Below are positions 24,539 to 36,980 of a stretch of DNA of 64,000 bases, one piece after another; positions within the stretch are counted from its first letter, which is position 1, and every line of letters starts with the position of its first letter. This stretch comes from Carcharhinus amblyrhynchos (taxonomy: Eukaryota). The notes under the pieces were generated by a model, which saw nothing but the letters and a program-made list of their open reading frames with translations, had not been told where the DNA came from and ran no database searches. The DNA is taken from NCBI GenBank assembly GCA_965287045.1, contig OZ336881.1, positions 64,666,001 through 64,730,000 of the forward strand, given 5' to 3'. The position numbers and the translations under genes are program-made.

Positions 24539-25235
24539 TGTTATGGTTCAGGTCAGAAACTCCAGTGTTTTATGGAGCCAGCCTGGATCATAAGTTTTGC
24601 ATCTTGAATTTGGCTAGGATAACCATTATATATTTCACTCCAGGTATGATTCAAATGACCCACTAAGGACCTTTTATCAAAGTTTATTTAAGAACATAGT
24701 TAACGTGTATGGAAAGAAAATAAGCAATTAATTTTATGCAGTACAAACAAAACAAAGCAATCACAATAATGTCTAACCCTTAACAAATATATCTAAGATG
24801 TTTTAATCAAACCAAAACCTTCCACAGACAAAACTCTTTAAACAAGTTCAACACAGCAAAGTCTGATGCTCACATGATACTGGAATTGAGTCCTTTGGTT
24901 GGAGAATTGAAAACTCTCAGTCTTGTAAGTTTTGAGTATCCTTTTGACACACCAAGAACAGTTTGAAGTCAGAAAGGCTTCCCAGACTCTGGTCAAGCCA
25001 CCAACAACAGAATTTCTACCCCAGGAAGGCTTTCAGCTAAACTGCAGAATTTCTAAAACCAGGGAGAGAATGAGACACTTCTTTTCATCTTGATGCCCCT
25101 TTTAAAACCTCAAATGCAAAACTGCAGTCAAACAGAAAAGAAAACCTTAAACTCCCTAGGAAGGGAAAAAAATACCTTTCCAGGACCCATCACCTTATCT
25201 CTTAACAATGCAGGGCCATAAAACTAATCCTCATT
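24539..25235 (-). mobile_element. Gypsy LTR (solo or partial), related to the LTR at 42208
   Basis: TGTTA terminus. Shares CAGAAACTCCA, TTTCACTCCAGGTATGATTCAA.TGACCCACTA and AAGTTTATTTAAGAAC with 42208-42510. AATAAA on the minus strand. Confidence 0.75.
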
Positions 25236-25236
25236 T

Positions 25237-25740
25237 AGAGTCATAGAGGTTTATAGCATGGAACAGGCCCTTCAGCTAACCTGTCCATGCCACCCTTTTC
25301 TTTAATCCCTAAGCTAGTCCCAATTGCCTACGTTTGGCCCATATCCCTCTATACCCATCTTACTGTCTAAACGCTTTTGAAAAGACAAAATTGTACCTGC
25401 CTCTACTATTACTGCTGGCAGCTTGTTCCAGTTACTCACCACCCTCTGTGTGAAAAATTGCTCCTCTGGGCCCTTTTTTATCTCTCCCCTCTCACCTTAA
25501 ACCTATGCTCTCTAGTTTTAGACACTTCTACCTTTGGGAAAAGCTATTGACTATCTAGCTGATCTATGTCCCTCATTATTTTATTGAGCTCTACAAGATC
25601 ACCCCTAAGCCTACTACGTACCAGAGAAAAAATTCCCAGTCCGTCCAGCTCTCCTTGTAACCCAAATCATGAAGTCCTGGTAGCAACCCAGCAAATCTTC
25701 TCTGTGCACCTTCCAGTCCAACAATATCCCCTGTAACAGG
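25237..25740 (-). mobile_element. CR1 3' fragment
   Basis: (AGAGTCAT) tail; 'GLEGAQRRFAGLLPGL'. Same subfamily as 43742-44057 and 56428-58100. Confidence 0.9.
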
Positions 25741-28433
25741 CACACAAAATCTCCCCAGCCAAGAAACCCCAAAGAAACTTGAACACGAATACCACTTCAA
25801 CGTTCACCCCAACCCCCCGAAACACAGCAAAGTATCCAATCTAAAAGCCCCCTCCCCCTAACACACACCAGCTCAACAACCACCTCTCCCCAACCATCTA
25901 AAATATGGCAGAACTCATGCACCCACTACCCTCTTCCTCCAGAGGTCTCGACCAACACCTTCACCCCACCTTTTTTTCTCCCCACACAAATGTACCCTGT
26001 GTCCACCACCCCACACAAAACAAACTAATATATGTAATAATTTAAAGAAAAGAAAAGGCTCAGAAGATAAGACAACAAGCAACGAAATAAGGGCAAGGCA
26101 TCACAAGGGACACCAACGATTGGACATCAGCCAAACAAAAACAGGCAGAGCATGAAGAAAAGGGAATATGTTCTCTCTCTATCCAACCCCCAATCCCCTC
26201 TCCCCCGCAGTCCAGATATTCACCCCTGCAGCCCAGGTGGGCAGTGCCAAGGTGCACCCTGGGCATTGTGACTTTGCTCCTTGGGCAGTGCCGAGGGCCT
26301 AGGCTGGTACTGCCAATCTTGGAACCTCCTGGCACCTGACCCTCTGGGGGCCTCCATTAGTGGGGAGCTGTTATAAATCCCGCTGGTGGGAACCACTCCA
26401 AGCGGGGCGAGATGCTAGCATGCCTGGAGACTTCAGTCCCAGGCCCACTAATGATATTTAAATAGGATTTGACTAAATAATGTGGTGCCAGAAATCCAGT
26501 TGCTGGAGATTTGCAGAGGCCGTGGTGCCCAAAAGGAAGCCTGATAAACCAAACCTCCGCTTGAATCTCCCAGTCCACTGCATTACAAAAACAGCGCAGC
26601 GGGCTGAGAGAATTCCCTCCCCCATATATAATTACCAATTGATAAAAGAGATTGCACAAAATCACAACACCAGTAAAAATAAATGATGATGGAATCCTAT
26701 TACCATAATAAACGGTGATGACTGTTTGTGCCAAATGAGTGCAAAGATTCTTCCTAGCTGCTTGGAATCTCTCTCATATATAATTAATATTCCCTGCTTC
26801 AATTCTACGTAAAGAACTGGGGTAACATAAGAACTGGTTTTAACTCTTGGTGTGAATTGGACAAGCTGGCAAAGCAGGGAGTCCCGATGACATTCCAAAA
26901 ATGAAGCCCAGGGGATTTTAACTCCTGGCCTTATTTTCATTTGATTGACAGGCTGTTCCATTGATGGTAACAAGAGCTGGGCAGCTGCCCACCTGGCCCA
27001 TGCAATTTCCAGAAGGCTCCTCTTTCTAATTGGCATCTTTTTGAATTAATCAATGGCTGGTATTAATTCATTCATTGGGGCTTTGTTCAAAACTGACAGA
27101 AAGAAGGTTCCAAGCATTGGTTCTGTGATGATACAGCGCAGCACGTCCGATCAATCACCAGAATAAAGGACACCACAGGGTGCAGAGAAAGGGACCAGAG
27201 AATGGCTTTCATTAAATGTCACTTCAAGGCATCTCTACTGGTGGTCCATTTTATTTACGTTGCAGCAGGATCCAAAATTTTACCTTTGCTTTTGAAGTAT
27301 GAAAAGACAAACGACAAGAAGTATACAGTGCACTGGACAAACAGTCCAAAATACTTTTGCAACGTTTGGTTGAAACTGAATATTTTAAAAAAATACATGA
27401 TTGATTCTTCCTGACCTCTATCAATTTAGAATTTAAAAAAAAACTTCCCCAATACACAAAACAGCAAGTATATCACCCAATCACATAGTCCAAGATAATT
27501 GACGGATTCACGTTATATCTCTATTACTGTAGTTGATTTATCTTGGATAACAGTTAAAGAGCTACGATTGACTTCAGCGTCCACAGTACAACAGGGGAAA
27601 TAATCAGTCAAGATTTCAGCTTCTAATCACTTCCCAACAATATCCTACACCATGCACAAATATCAGGCAGAGACAGGATCAGGCTTGACTATGATTCTGA
27701 TATTCACTGCCTCACAAACAAATCATGACTGGTTGTGTTAGGCGATGGAGGACTGCCAGTGGCTCAGAAACCATACATTTGTCATAAGTCGTTGTCGGCG
27801 AGAGGAAAGAAAAGTACGAAAATTGGAGGAACTTAAGAAGGTATGTTTGTGATTAATCCAGCATTATTACCATGGGGCAATCAGACAGCAGAATCAACTC
27901 TTCTCTGAGTCACAAACTGTTACAGCACAGAAGCAGGCCGTATGGCCCATCATGTCAATGTAGGCTCTCCCAAGGAGCAATTCACCTGGTGCTATGCCAC
28001 TCCCAGTCTTCTTCCTGCAGCCCCGAGCACCTTCATTTCCTTATAATCCAACTCTGCAATTAAACTTGCCTTGACAACACTCTCAGGCAGCGCATTCCAG
28101 ATTCCAACCACTCACTGTGTGAAGACATTTTTCCTTATGTTTCTATTATTTCTTTTGCAAATTACCTTAAATTTGTGCCATCTTGCTCTTGATCCTTCTG
28201 CCAATGGGAACAATTTCCACTCTCCACAGTTCTCCCATGATTTTGAATACCTCTTTCAAATCTCCTCTCAACCTTCTCTTCTCCAAGGAAAAGTCCTAAG
28301 CTCCTCAATTTATCTACAAAATTGAAGTTCCTTATCCCTGGAACTATTTTTGTGCATTTTTTCTGTCCTCTGTTTAATGCCTTCTCATCTTTCCCAATGT
28401 GTGCTGCCCTAACCAGACACAATACTCCAGATG

Positions 28434-30280
28434 AGAGTTTTTATAAATATATAAAAAGGAAGAGGCTGGCTAGGGTGAACGTTGGTCCTTTAGAGGATGA
28501 GAAAGGGGAGCTAGTGGTAGGGGATGGGGATATGGCTAAGGTCTTGAATAACTTTTTTGTTTCTGTCTTCACGGAGGAGGACGTGAATAATTTGCCGGGT
28601 GTTAGCGATGGAAAGGTGGTAGGAATGGAGGGTCTTAATGACATTACTGTTACTAGAGAGGTGGTGCTCGACAGACTGGAGGGGCTGATTGTGGACAAGT
28701 CCCCAGGACCGGATGGAATGCATCCGAGGGGTCTGAAAGAAATGGCGGAGGTTATAGTGGATGCCTTGGTGGTTATTTTCCAGACGTCGCTGGATTCCGG
28801 GGAAGTGCCGGAAGATTGGAAAACGGCTAATGTTACGCCGTTGTTTAAGAAGGGTGCCAGGCAAAAGGCGGGGAATTATAGGCCGGTTAGTTTAACGTCT
28901 GTGGTAGGTAAAATGTTAGAATCCGTCATTAAGGAGGAAATTGCGAGGCATCTTGAAGGGAATTGCTTGATAGGGCGGACGCAACACGGTTTCATTAAAG
29001 GGAAGTCGTGTCTGACAAATTTACTGGAGTTCTATGAGGATGTGTCTAGGGCAGTGGATAGAGGAGAGCCGGTGGATGTGGTCTTTCTGGATTTTCAGAA
29101 GGCGTTTGACAAGGTACCTCACAAGAGGTTATTGCAGAAGGTCAGGGGACATGGAGTTGGGGGTAGGGTGTTAGCGTGGATAGAGGATTGGTTGTCAAAT
29201 AGGAGGCAGAGAGTGGGGGTCAATGGGTGCTATTCGGATTGGCGGTTGGTGACTAGTGGGGTGCCCCAGGGGTCGGTGCTGGGGCCTCAGCTATTTACCA
29301 TTTATATAGATGATCTGGAGGAAGGAACCGAGGGCAGGGTGTCGAAATTTGCTGATGACACCAAGATTGGGGGAAAGGCAAATTGTGCGGAGGGTGTGGA
29401 GAGTCTGCAGAAGGATCTAGATAGGCTGGGCGAATGGGCCAGGAAATGGCAAATGGAATTTAATGTTGGCAAGTGTGAGGTGGTCCACTTTGGTAGGAAG
29501 AATGGTAGGAAGGACTATTACTTACGTGGCGAAAAACTGCAGCAGGCGACGGTGCAGAGGGACCTCGGGGTCCTTGTGCATGAGTCGCAAAAACCCAGCC
29601 TGCAGGTGCAGCAGGTGGTCAGGAAGGCGAATGGGATGCTGGCCTTCATAGCGAGGGGGATTGAATATAAAAGTAGGGAGGTCTTGCTGCAGCTGTATAG
29701 GGCATTGGTGAGGCCGCAGCTGGAGTACTGTGTGCAGTTTTGGGCGCCGCACCTGCGCAAGGATATTTTGGCCCTGGAGGGAGTGCAGAGGAGGTTTACT
29801 AGGCTGATACCGGAGTTGAGGGGATTGAGCTATGAGGAGAGGCTGAATAAACTAGGCTTGTACTCGTTAGAGTTTAGAAGAATGAGGGGAGATCTCATTG
29901 AGACGTATAAGATGATGAATGGGATGGATAGGATAGAGGTGGAGAGACTCTTCCCGCTCAAAAAAGACAGTAGGACTAGGGGGCACAGCCTCAAGATAAA
30001 GGGGAGGCGGTTTAGAACGGAGTTGAGGAGGAACTTCTTCACTCAAAGGGTGGTGAATCTCTGGAATTCTCTGCCCGTTGAAGTGGTGGAGGCTGCCTCG
30101 CTAAATATTTTTAAGAAGCGGGTTGATGGGTTCTTGATAAGAGAGGGGATTAAGGGTTATGGGGAGAGGGCGGGAAAGTGGAACTGAGCCACAACAGATC
30201 AGCCATGATCTTATTGAATGGCGGGGCAGGCTCGAAGGGCTAGATGGCCTACTCCTGCTCCTATTTCTTATGTTCTTATG
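28434..30280 (+). mobile_element. Young 5'-truncated CR1 LINE with uninterrupted RT-to-C-terminus ORF
   Basis: ORF 28322..30187 (first ~37 aa are flanking read-through) contains [46 protein letters not shown] and RGHSLK. (TTCTTATG)n tail, ATGAG duplication, CpGs retained. Confidence 0.97.
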
Positions 30281-30393
30281 AGGCTGAACCAGTATTCTAT
30301 ACAAGTTTAACATAGCCTCCTTACTACTTCATTTCTCTACTGATAAAACATTGTACATTTTATTAACCATGCTCTCAACCTGTTCTGCCATGA

Positions 30394-30697
30394 GGGCACA
30401 GTAGCATAGTGGTTAACACTGCTGCCTCACAGCGCAAGAGTCGTGGGTTCAATTCCGGCCTTGGGTCACTGTCTATGTGGAGTTTACATATTCTCCCTGT
30501 GACTGCCTGGATTTCCTTCAGGTGCTCCAGCTTCCTCCCACAGTCTAAAGATGTGCAGGCTATGTTAAATTGCCCCTTAGTGCCAGGCAGATTAGCAGGG
30601 TACATGAGTGGGGTTACAGAAATAGGGCCTGGGTGGAATTGCTGTTGGTGCAGACTTGATAGGCCAAATGACCGCTTTTTGCACTGTACAGATTCTT
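30394..30697 (+). mobile_element. HE1-like V-SINE, CR1 tail
   Basis: Head, B box GGTTCAATTCCGG, tail TGCACTGTACAGATTCT. Confidence 0.85.
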
Positions 30698-31239
30698 CTG
30701 CACATATATACTCAGGTCCCCCTGCTGCTGTACCCCTTTAGAATTGTATCTTTTACTTTGTACTTTGTAATCTCTCTCTCTCTGTTCTTTCTACCAAAAT
30801 GAATCATTTCACACTTTCCTACATTAAATTTCATCTGCCACTTGTCCACCCATTCTACCAACCTTTCCAAGTTCTTCAATATCCTCCTACCTCTTCACAA
30901 TAATTTCACATTCTGTATCATCTGCAAATTTTGAAACTGTGCCCTGTACAACAGGGCCTCGGTCATTAGTATATATCAGGAAGATCATAGATACTATCAT
31001 TGATGAACTGAGGAACGCCAATCCAAACATTCCCCCAGTTTCCTGACACAGACAATTTCAAATCCATGTTGTTACAGTCATTTTTATTCCAGGAGTAATA
31101 ACTTTGCTCGTAAGTCTGTTGTGCAACACTTCATTAAATGTCTTTTGAATGTCCATGTATGTTACATCAACAGTTTTACTATCCTCAACCCTCTTTGTTA
31201 CCCACCAAAAAACTCAAGCAAGTTAGTTAAATATGATTT

Positions 31240-33238
31240 AAGAACATAAGAACATAATAAATAGGAGCAGGAGTAGGCCATCTAGCCCTTCGAGCCTGCC
31301 CCGCCATTCAATAAGATCATGGCTGATCTGAAGTGGATCAGTTCCACTTTACCGCTTTCTCCCCATAACCCTTAATTCCCTTGTCTGTCAAAAACCTATC
31401 TACCCGTGACTTAAATATATTTAGCGAGGTAGTCTCCACCACGTCAACGGGCAGAGAATTCCAGAGATTCACCACCCTTTGAGTGAAGAAGTTCCTCCTC
31501 AACTCTGTTCTAAACTGCACCCCCCCCTTATCTTGAGGCTGTGCCCTCTAGTCCTGCTGTCCTTTCTGAGCGGGAAGAATCTCTCTACCTCTACCCTATC
31601 CATCCCTTTCATTATTTTATATGTCTCTATAAGATTCCCCCTCATCCTTCTAAACTCCAACGAGTACAGACCCAGTCTATTTAGTCTCTCTTCATAGTCC
31701 AACCCCCTCATCTCCGGTATCAGCCTAGTGAACCTCCTCTGCACTCCCTCCAAGGCCAAAATATCCTTGCACAAGTGCGGCGACCAAAACTGCACACAGT
31801 ACTCCAGCTGCGGCCTTACCAGTGCCCTGTACGGTTGCAGCAAGACCTCCCTGCTTTTATATTCAATCCCCCTCGCTATAAAGGCCAGCATTCCATTTGC
31901 CTTCTTGATCACCTGCTGCACCTGCAGACTGGGTTTTTGCGACTCATGCACAAGGACCCCCAGGTCCCTCTGCACCATAGCATGCTGCAGCTTTTCACCC
32001 TTTAAATAGTAATCCCTCCTACTATTATTCCTGCCAAAGTGGATAACCTCACACTTGCTAACATTGTACTCCATCTGCCAGGTCCTCGCCCACTCGCTCA
32101 GCCTATCCAGATCCCTCTGCAGACTTTCCACACCCTCCACACAATTTGCTTTTCCACTCACCTTTGTGTCATCAGCAAATTTCGTCACCCTACACTCAGC
32201 CCCCTCCTCCAGATCATCTATATAAATGGTAAATATCTGAGGCCCCAGCACTGATCCCTGCGGCACTCCACTAGTCACCAACCGCCAATCAGAATAGCAC
32301 CCATTGATACCAACTCTCTGCCTCCTATTAGACAACCAATCCTCTATCCACGCTAACACCTTACCCCAACTCCATGCATCCTAATCTTCTGAAGCAACCT
32401 TTTGTGAGGCACCTTATCAAACGCCTTTTGAAAATCGAGAAACACCACAACCACCGGTTCCCCTCTGTCTACCGCACTAGTCACATCCTCATAGAAATCC
32501 AATAAATTTGTCAAACATGACTTCCCCTTAACGAATCCGTGCTGCGTCTGCTCTATCAAACCGTTCCTTTCCAGGTGCCTCGCTATTTCTTCTTTGATGA
32601 TGGATTCAAGCATTTTTCCAACTACAGATGTTAAACTAACCGGCCTATAATTCCCTGCCTTTTGTCTGCTACCTTTTTTAAACAGCGGCGTAACATTAGC
32701 CGTTTTCCAATCTTCCGGCATTGCCCCGGAATCCAGCAAAGTTTGGTAAATAATCACTAAGGCGTCCACTATCACCTCTGCCATTTCCTTCAGAACCCTG
32801 GGATGCATTCCATCCAGTCCTGGGGACTTGTCCGCCATCAGTCCCGTTAGTCTATCAAGCACTACCTCTCTAGTGACAGTAATCACATTCAGGCCCTCAA
32901 CTCCTACCATCCTTCTATCTTTAATATCCGGCAAACTATTCGCGTCCTCCTCCGTGAAGACCGAGGCAAAAAACTTATTTAAGGCCTCTGCCATTTCCTC
33001 ATCTCCCACCACTAAATCCCCCCTCTCATCCTCCAAGCGTCCAACATTCACTCTAGCCAGCCTCCTCTTCTTTATATATTTGTAAAAACTCTTACTATCA
33101 TTTTTTATATTTAGTGCTAGTTTAGCTTCGTAGTCTATCCTTCCTTTCTTTATCAACTTCTTAGTCATTCTTTGTTGATTTTTAAACCTTTCCCAATCTT
33201 CTACTCGCCCACTACTTTCAGCCACTCTGAACGCATCT
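31240..33238 (-). mobile_element. Young 5'-truncated CR1 LINE (sister subfamily), two frameshifts
   Basis: ORFs 32353..33225, 31499..32359 and 31338..31520 together give a full RT and C-terminus. (AAGAACAT)n tail at 31240. Confidence 0.96.
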
Positions 33239-33560
33239 TAACAATTGCTCTTAACAATTCCCTGCTGACTTTCCTTAATTAACCCATATTTGTTCAAGTG
33301 ACTATAAATTTTGTCCCAGACTTTTAGAAATTTTGTTCCCAGAAGTTTCCCCCCAGCTGAGGTTGAGCTAACTCTCCTATCGTTGCTGGGCTTATCTTCA
33401 AAGCCTTTTTTGGACAAGAGTGTAATATTTGCAATTATCCAGTCCTCTGCCACCACCCTTGAGTACAAGGGAGACTGGAAAATTATGGACAGTGCCTCTG
33501 CAATTTCTACTCTCACTTCCCCAATATCCTTGGATGCATTTCATCTGGTCCAGATGCCTT

Positions 33561-35873
33561 GCGGTGAAGGATCCTCTTGGGGAGAGTGATCATTGTATGG
33601 TGGAGTTTCTGGTGCAGATGGAGGAGGAGAAAGTGGGTTCCCGGACATGCGTCCTTTGTTTGAACAGAGGGGAGTACGGTAGAATGAGAGAAGAATTGGC
33701 GGATGTTGACTGGGGGAGCGTGTTGGAGGGTAGGTCTGCTGAGGAGCAGTGGAGGATCTTTAAGGAGATCTTTCTTGGTGCTCAGCAGAAATTTATTCTG
33801 ATGGTTAAAAAGGACCGTAGGAGGAGAGGTAATAAGCTGTGGATAATGAGGGAGGTGAAGGAAAGTGTTAAATTAAAAGCGGAGGCGTTTAGAGTAGCTA
33901 AGAGTAGTGGGCGAGAAGAGGATTGGGAGAGGTTTAAATGTCAACAAAGATTGACAAAGAAGTTGATAAAGAAGGGTAGGAGAAACTATGAAGCTGGGCG
34001 AGCGCTTAATATAAAAAAGGATAGCAAGAGTTTTTATAAATATATAAAAAGGAAGAGGCTGGCTAGGGTGAACATTGGACCCTTAGAGGATGAGAGGGGG
34101 GACTTAGTGGTAGGGGATGGGGAAATGGCTGAGATCTTGAATAACTTTTTTGTTTCGGTCTTCACGGAGGAAGACGTGAATAATTTGCCGGGTGTTAGCG
34201 ATGGAAAGGTGGTAGGACTGGAGGGTCTCAATGACATTATTGTTACTAGAGAGGCGGTGCTCGACAGACTGGAGGGACTGATTGTGGACAAGTCCCCAGG
34301 ACCGGATGGAATGCATCCGAGGGTTCTGAAAGAAATGGTGGAGGTGATAGTGGATGCCTTGGTGGTTATTTTCCAGACGTCGTTGGACTCCGGGGAAGTG
34401 CCGGAAGATTGGAAAGCGGCTAATGTTACGCCGTTGTTTAAGAAGGGTGGCAGGCAAAAGGCAGGGAGTTACAGGCTGGTTAGTTTAACGTCTGTTGTAG
34501 GTAAAATGTTAGAATCCGTCATCAAGGAGGAAATAGCGAGGCATCTTGAGGGGAATTGCTTGATAGAACAGACGCAGCACAGTTTCGTTAAGGGGAAGTC
34601 GTGTCTGACAAATTTATTGGAGTTCTATGAGGATGTGTCTAGGGCGGTGGATAGAGGAGAGCCGGTGGATGTGGTCTTTCTTGATTTTCAGAAGGCGTTT
34701 GACAAGGTACCTCACAAGAGGTTATTGCAGAAGGTAAGGGGGCATGGAGTTGGGGGTAGGGTGTTAGCGTGGATAGAGGATTGGTTGTCAAATAGGAGGC
34801 AGAGAGTGGGGGTTAATGGGTGCTATTCGGATTGGCGGTTGGTAACTAGTGGAGTGCCCCAGGGGTCGGTGCTGGGGCCTCAGCTATTTACCTTTTATAT
34901 AGATGATCTGGAAGAGGGAACCTAGTGTATGGTGTCAAAATTTGCTGATGACACCAAGATTGGTGGAACGGCAAATTGCGCGGAGGGTGTGGAGAGTCTG
35001 CAGAAGGATCTAGATAGGCTGGGCGAACGGGCCAGGAAATGGCAAATGGAATTTAATGTTGGCAAGTGCGAGGTGGTCCACTTTGGTAGGAATAATGGTA
35101 GGAAGGACTATTTCTTACGTGGCGAAAAACTGCAGCAGGCGACGGTGCAGAGGGACCTCGGGGTCCTTGTGCATGAGTCGCAAAAACCCAGCCTGCAGGT
35201 GCAGCAGGTGGTCAGGAAGGCTAATGGGATGCTGGCCTTCATAGCGAGGGGGATTGAATATAAAAGTAGGGAGGTCTTGCTGCGGCTGTATAGGGCATTG
35301 GTGAGGCCGCAGCTAGAGTACTGTGTGCAGTTTTGGTCGCCGTACTTACGCAAGGATATTTTGGCCTTGGAGGGAGTGCAGAGGAGGTTTACTCGGCTGA
35401 TGCCGGAGTTGAGGGGGTTGAGCTATGAGGAGAGGCTGAATAAACTAGGCTTGTACTCGTTAGAGTTTAGAAGAATGAGGGGAGATCTCATTGAGACGTA
35501 TAAGATGATGAATGGGATGGATAGGATAGAGGTGGAGAGACTCTTCCCGCTCAGAAAGGATAGTAGGACTAGGGGGCACAGCCTCAAGATAAAGGGGGGG
35601 CGGTTTAGAACGGAGTTGAGGAGGAACTTCTTCACTCAAAGGGTGGTGAATCTCTGGAATTCTCTGCCCGTTGAGGTGGTGGAGGCTGCCTCGCTAAATA
35701 AATTTAAGTAGCGGGTTGATGGGTTTTTGATAAGCGAGGGGATTAAGGGTTATGGGGAGAGGGCGGGAATGTGGAACTGAGCCACGACAGATCAGCCATG
35801 ATCTTATTGAATGGCGGGGCAGGTTCGAAGGGCTGGATGGCCTACTCCTGCTCCTATTTCTTGTGTTCTTATG
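33561..35873 (+). mobile_element. Young 5'-truncated CR1 LINE, two nonsense codons
   Basis: ORFs 33429..34925 and 34929..35711 are in one frame, separated by TAG. Nearly identical to 28434-30280. 7-bp TSD ATGCCTT at 33554-33560 and 35871-35877. Confidence 0.97.
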
Positions 35874-36139
35874 CCTTATCAACTTTAATTATAGCCTATC
35901 TGCCTTATAACTATAAATCCTTCAAGGGTCTGGACTACTGCCTCTTTCACCATGAACTGTGCAGCATCTTTTTTCTTGATAAAGGTAGGTGCAAGGTACT
36001 CATTTAATACTTCAGTAATGCTCCCTGCCTGTGTGTAAATCTCCTTTTGGTCCCTAATTTGCTCCATCCCTCCTGTTACCACCTTTTCATTATTTGTATG
36101 GCAAAAAAACCGATTCCCTTTCATGTTAGCTGCCAGTTT

Positions 36140-36666
36140 CAGACAATCACCAGACAGGAGTGGTCCTTTCCTGTCAGAGAACACTTCAGCAGTCAAGGAC
36201 ATTCAGCCTCTGATTTTCAGGTTAGCGGTCTCCAAGGTGGTCTTCACGACACATGACAACGCAGAATCACCGAGCAGAAACTGATAGCCAAATTCTGCAC
36301 ACATGAGGACAGCCTCAACGGGGTTCATGTCACACTATCTGTAACCCCCACGACTTGCCTGGGCTTGCAAAATCTCACCAACTGTCCTGGCTTGAGACAA
36401 TTCACATCTCTTTAACCTGTGATTAAACCTCTCTCAACTCACATTGTCTGTACCTGTAAAAACTTGATTACTTGTTCAGACTCACATTCCATCCACTATC
36501 TTGTTTCTGTCTATATGCCCTGTTTGTGAACCCAACTCCCATTTAATTGATGAAGGAACAGCGCTTCAAAAGCTTGTGATACCAAATAAACCTGTTGGAC
36601 TTTAACCTGGTGTTGCGAAACTTCTCACTGTGCCCACCCCAGTACAATGCCAGCATCTCCACATCA
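36140..36666 (+). mobile_element. Penelope-like element 3' end (endonuclease C-terminus plus terminal repeat)
   Basis: 'TITRQEWSFPVREHFSSQGHSASDFQVSGLQGG..*QRRITEQKLIAKFCTHEDSLN' matches the C-terminal part of PLE GIY-YIG endonucleases. Followed by a hammerhead-like core and AATAAA. Confidence 0.8.
36547..36572 (+). ncRNA. Degenerate minimal hammerhead ribozyme core
   Basis: TTGATGA-AGGAACAGCGCTTC-AAAA versus the core CUGANGA-stem II-GAAA. Both core boxes carry one substitution. Confidence 0.5.
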
Positions 36667-36980
36667 TGTCTCTTTTCATTTTCTCTCTTTGCATTTCTCA
36701 GTTGCTTTGTCACTTCCCCTCTGAGGCTTCTTTATTCAACTTTTTTTTCGATTGTATTATCTCCCTAATATTGGTCATAAGCACACTTTTTCTTCTTTAT
36801 CTTAATCCCTATCTCTTTTGTTATCCAGGGAGCTCTGGATTTGTTTGCCCTACCTCTCTCCTTTTTTGGAATATGCCCGGACTCTGCTTGAACTATCTGA
36901 CAGGCAGCCCATTGTCAGTTGTAGTTTTATCTGTCAACCTTTGATTCCAATTTTTCTGACCCCGCCCCATCCTTATACTT

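Larger units (their letters stand above)
23214..26621. mobile_element. Large non-autonomous Harbinger-like element carrying nested insertions
   Basis: TIR-like GGGAGTGATTCTCCC at the left and GAGAATTCCCTCCC at the right. GC-rich subterminal arms (23214-23580, 26200-26621) enclose an LTR, a CR1 and unassigned sequence. Confidence 0.5.
27915..36975 (-). mobile_element. Old CR1 host copy split into pieces by younger insertions
   Basis: Collinear minus-strand CR1 pieces at 27915-28435, 30278-30390, 30698-31240, 33247-33560, 35871-36140 and ~36667-36975 (ORF fragments 28162..28422, 33238..33516, 35885..36202). Confidence 0.8.

Noticed and set aside
28322-35711. Long ORFs (621, 498, 290, 286 and 260 aa) as host genes
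   Set aside because: All are CR1 ORF2 fragments with LINE tails. Their N-termini are read-through from flanking DNA.
28434-35873. Segmental duplication or assembly artefact explaining the near-identical CR1 copies
   Set aside because: The copies differ in 5' truncation point, TSD and scattered substitutions, and their flanks are not duplicated.
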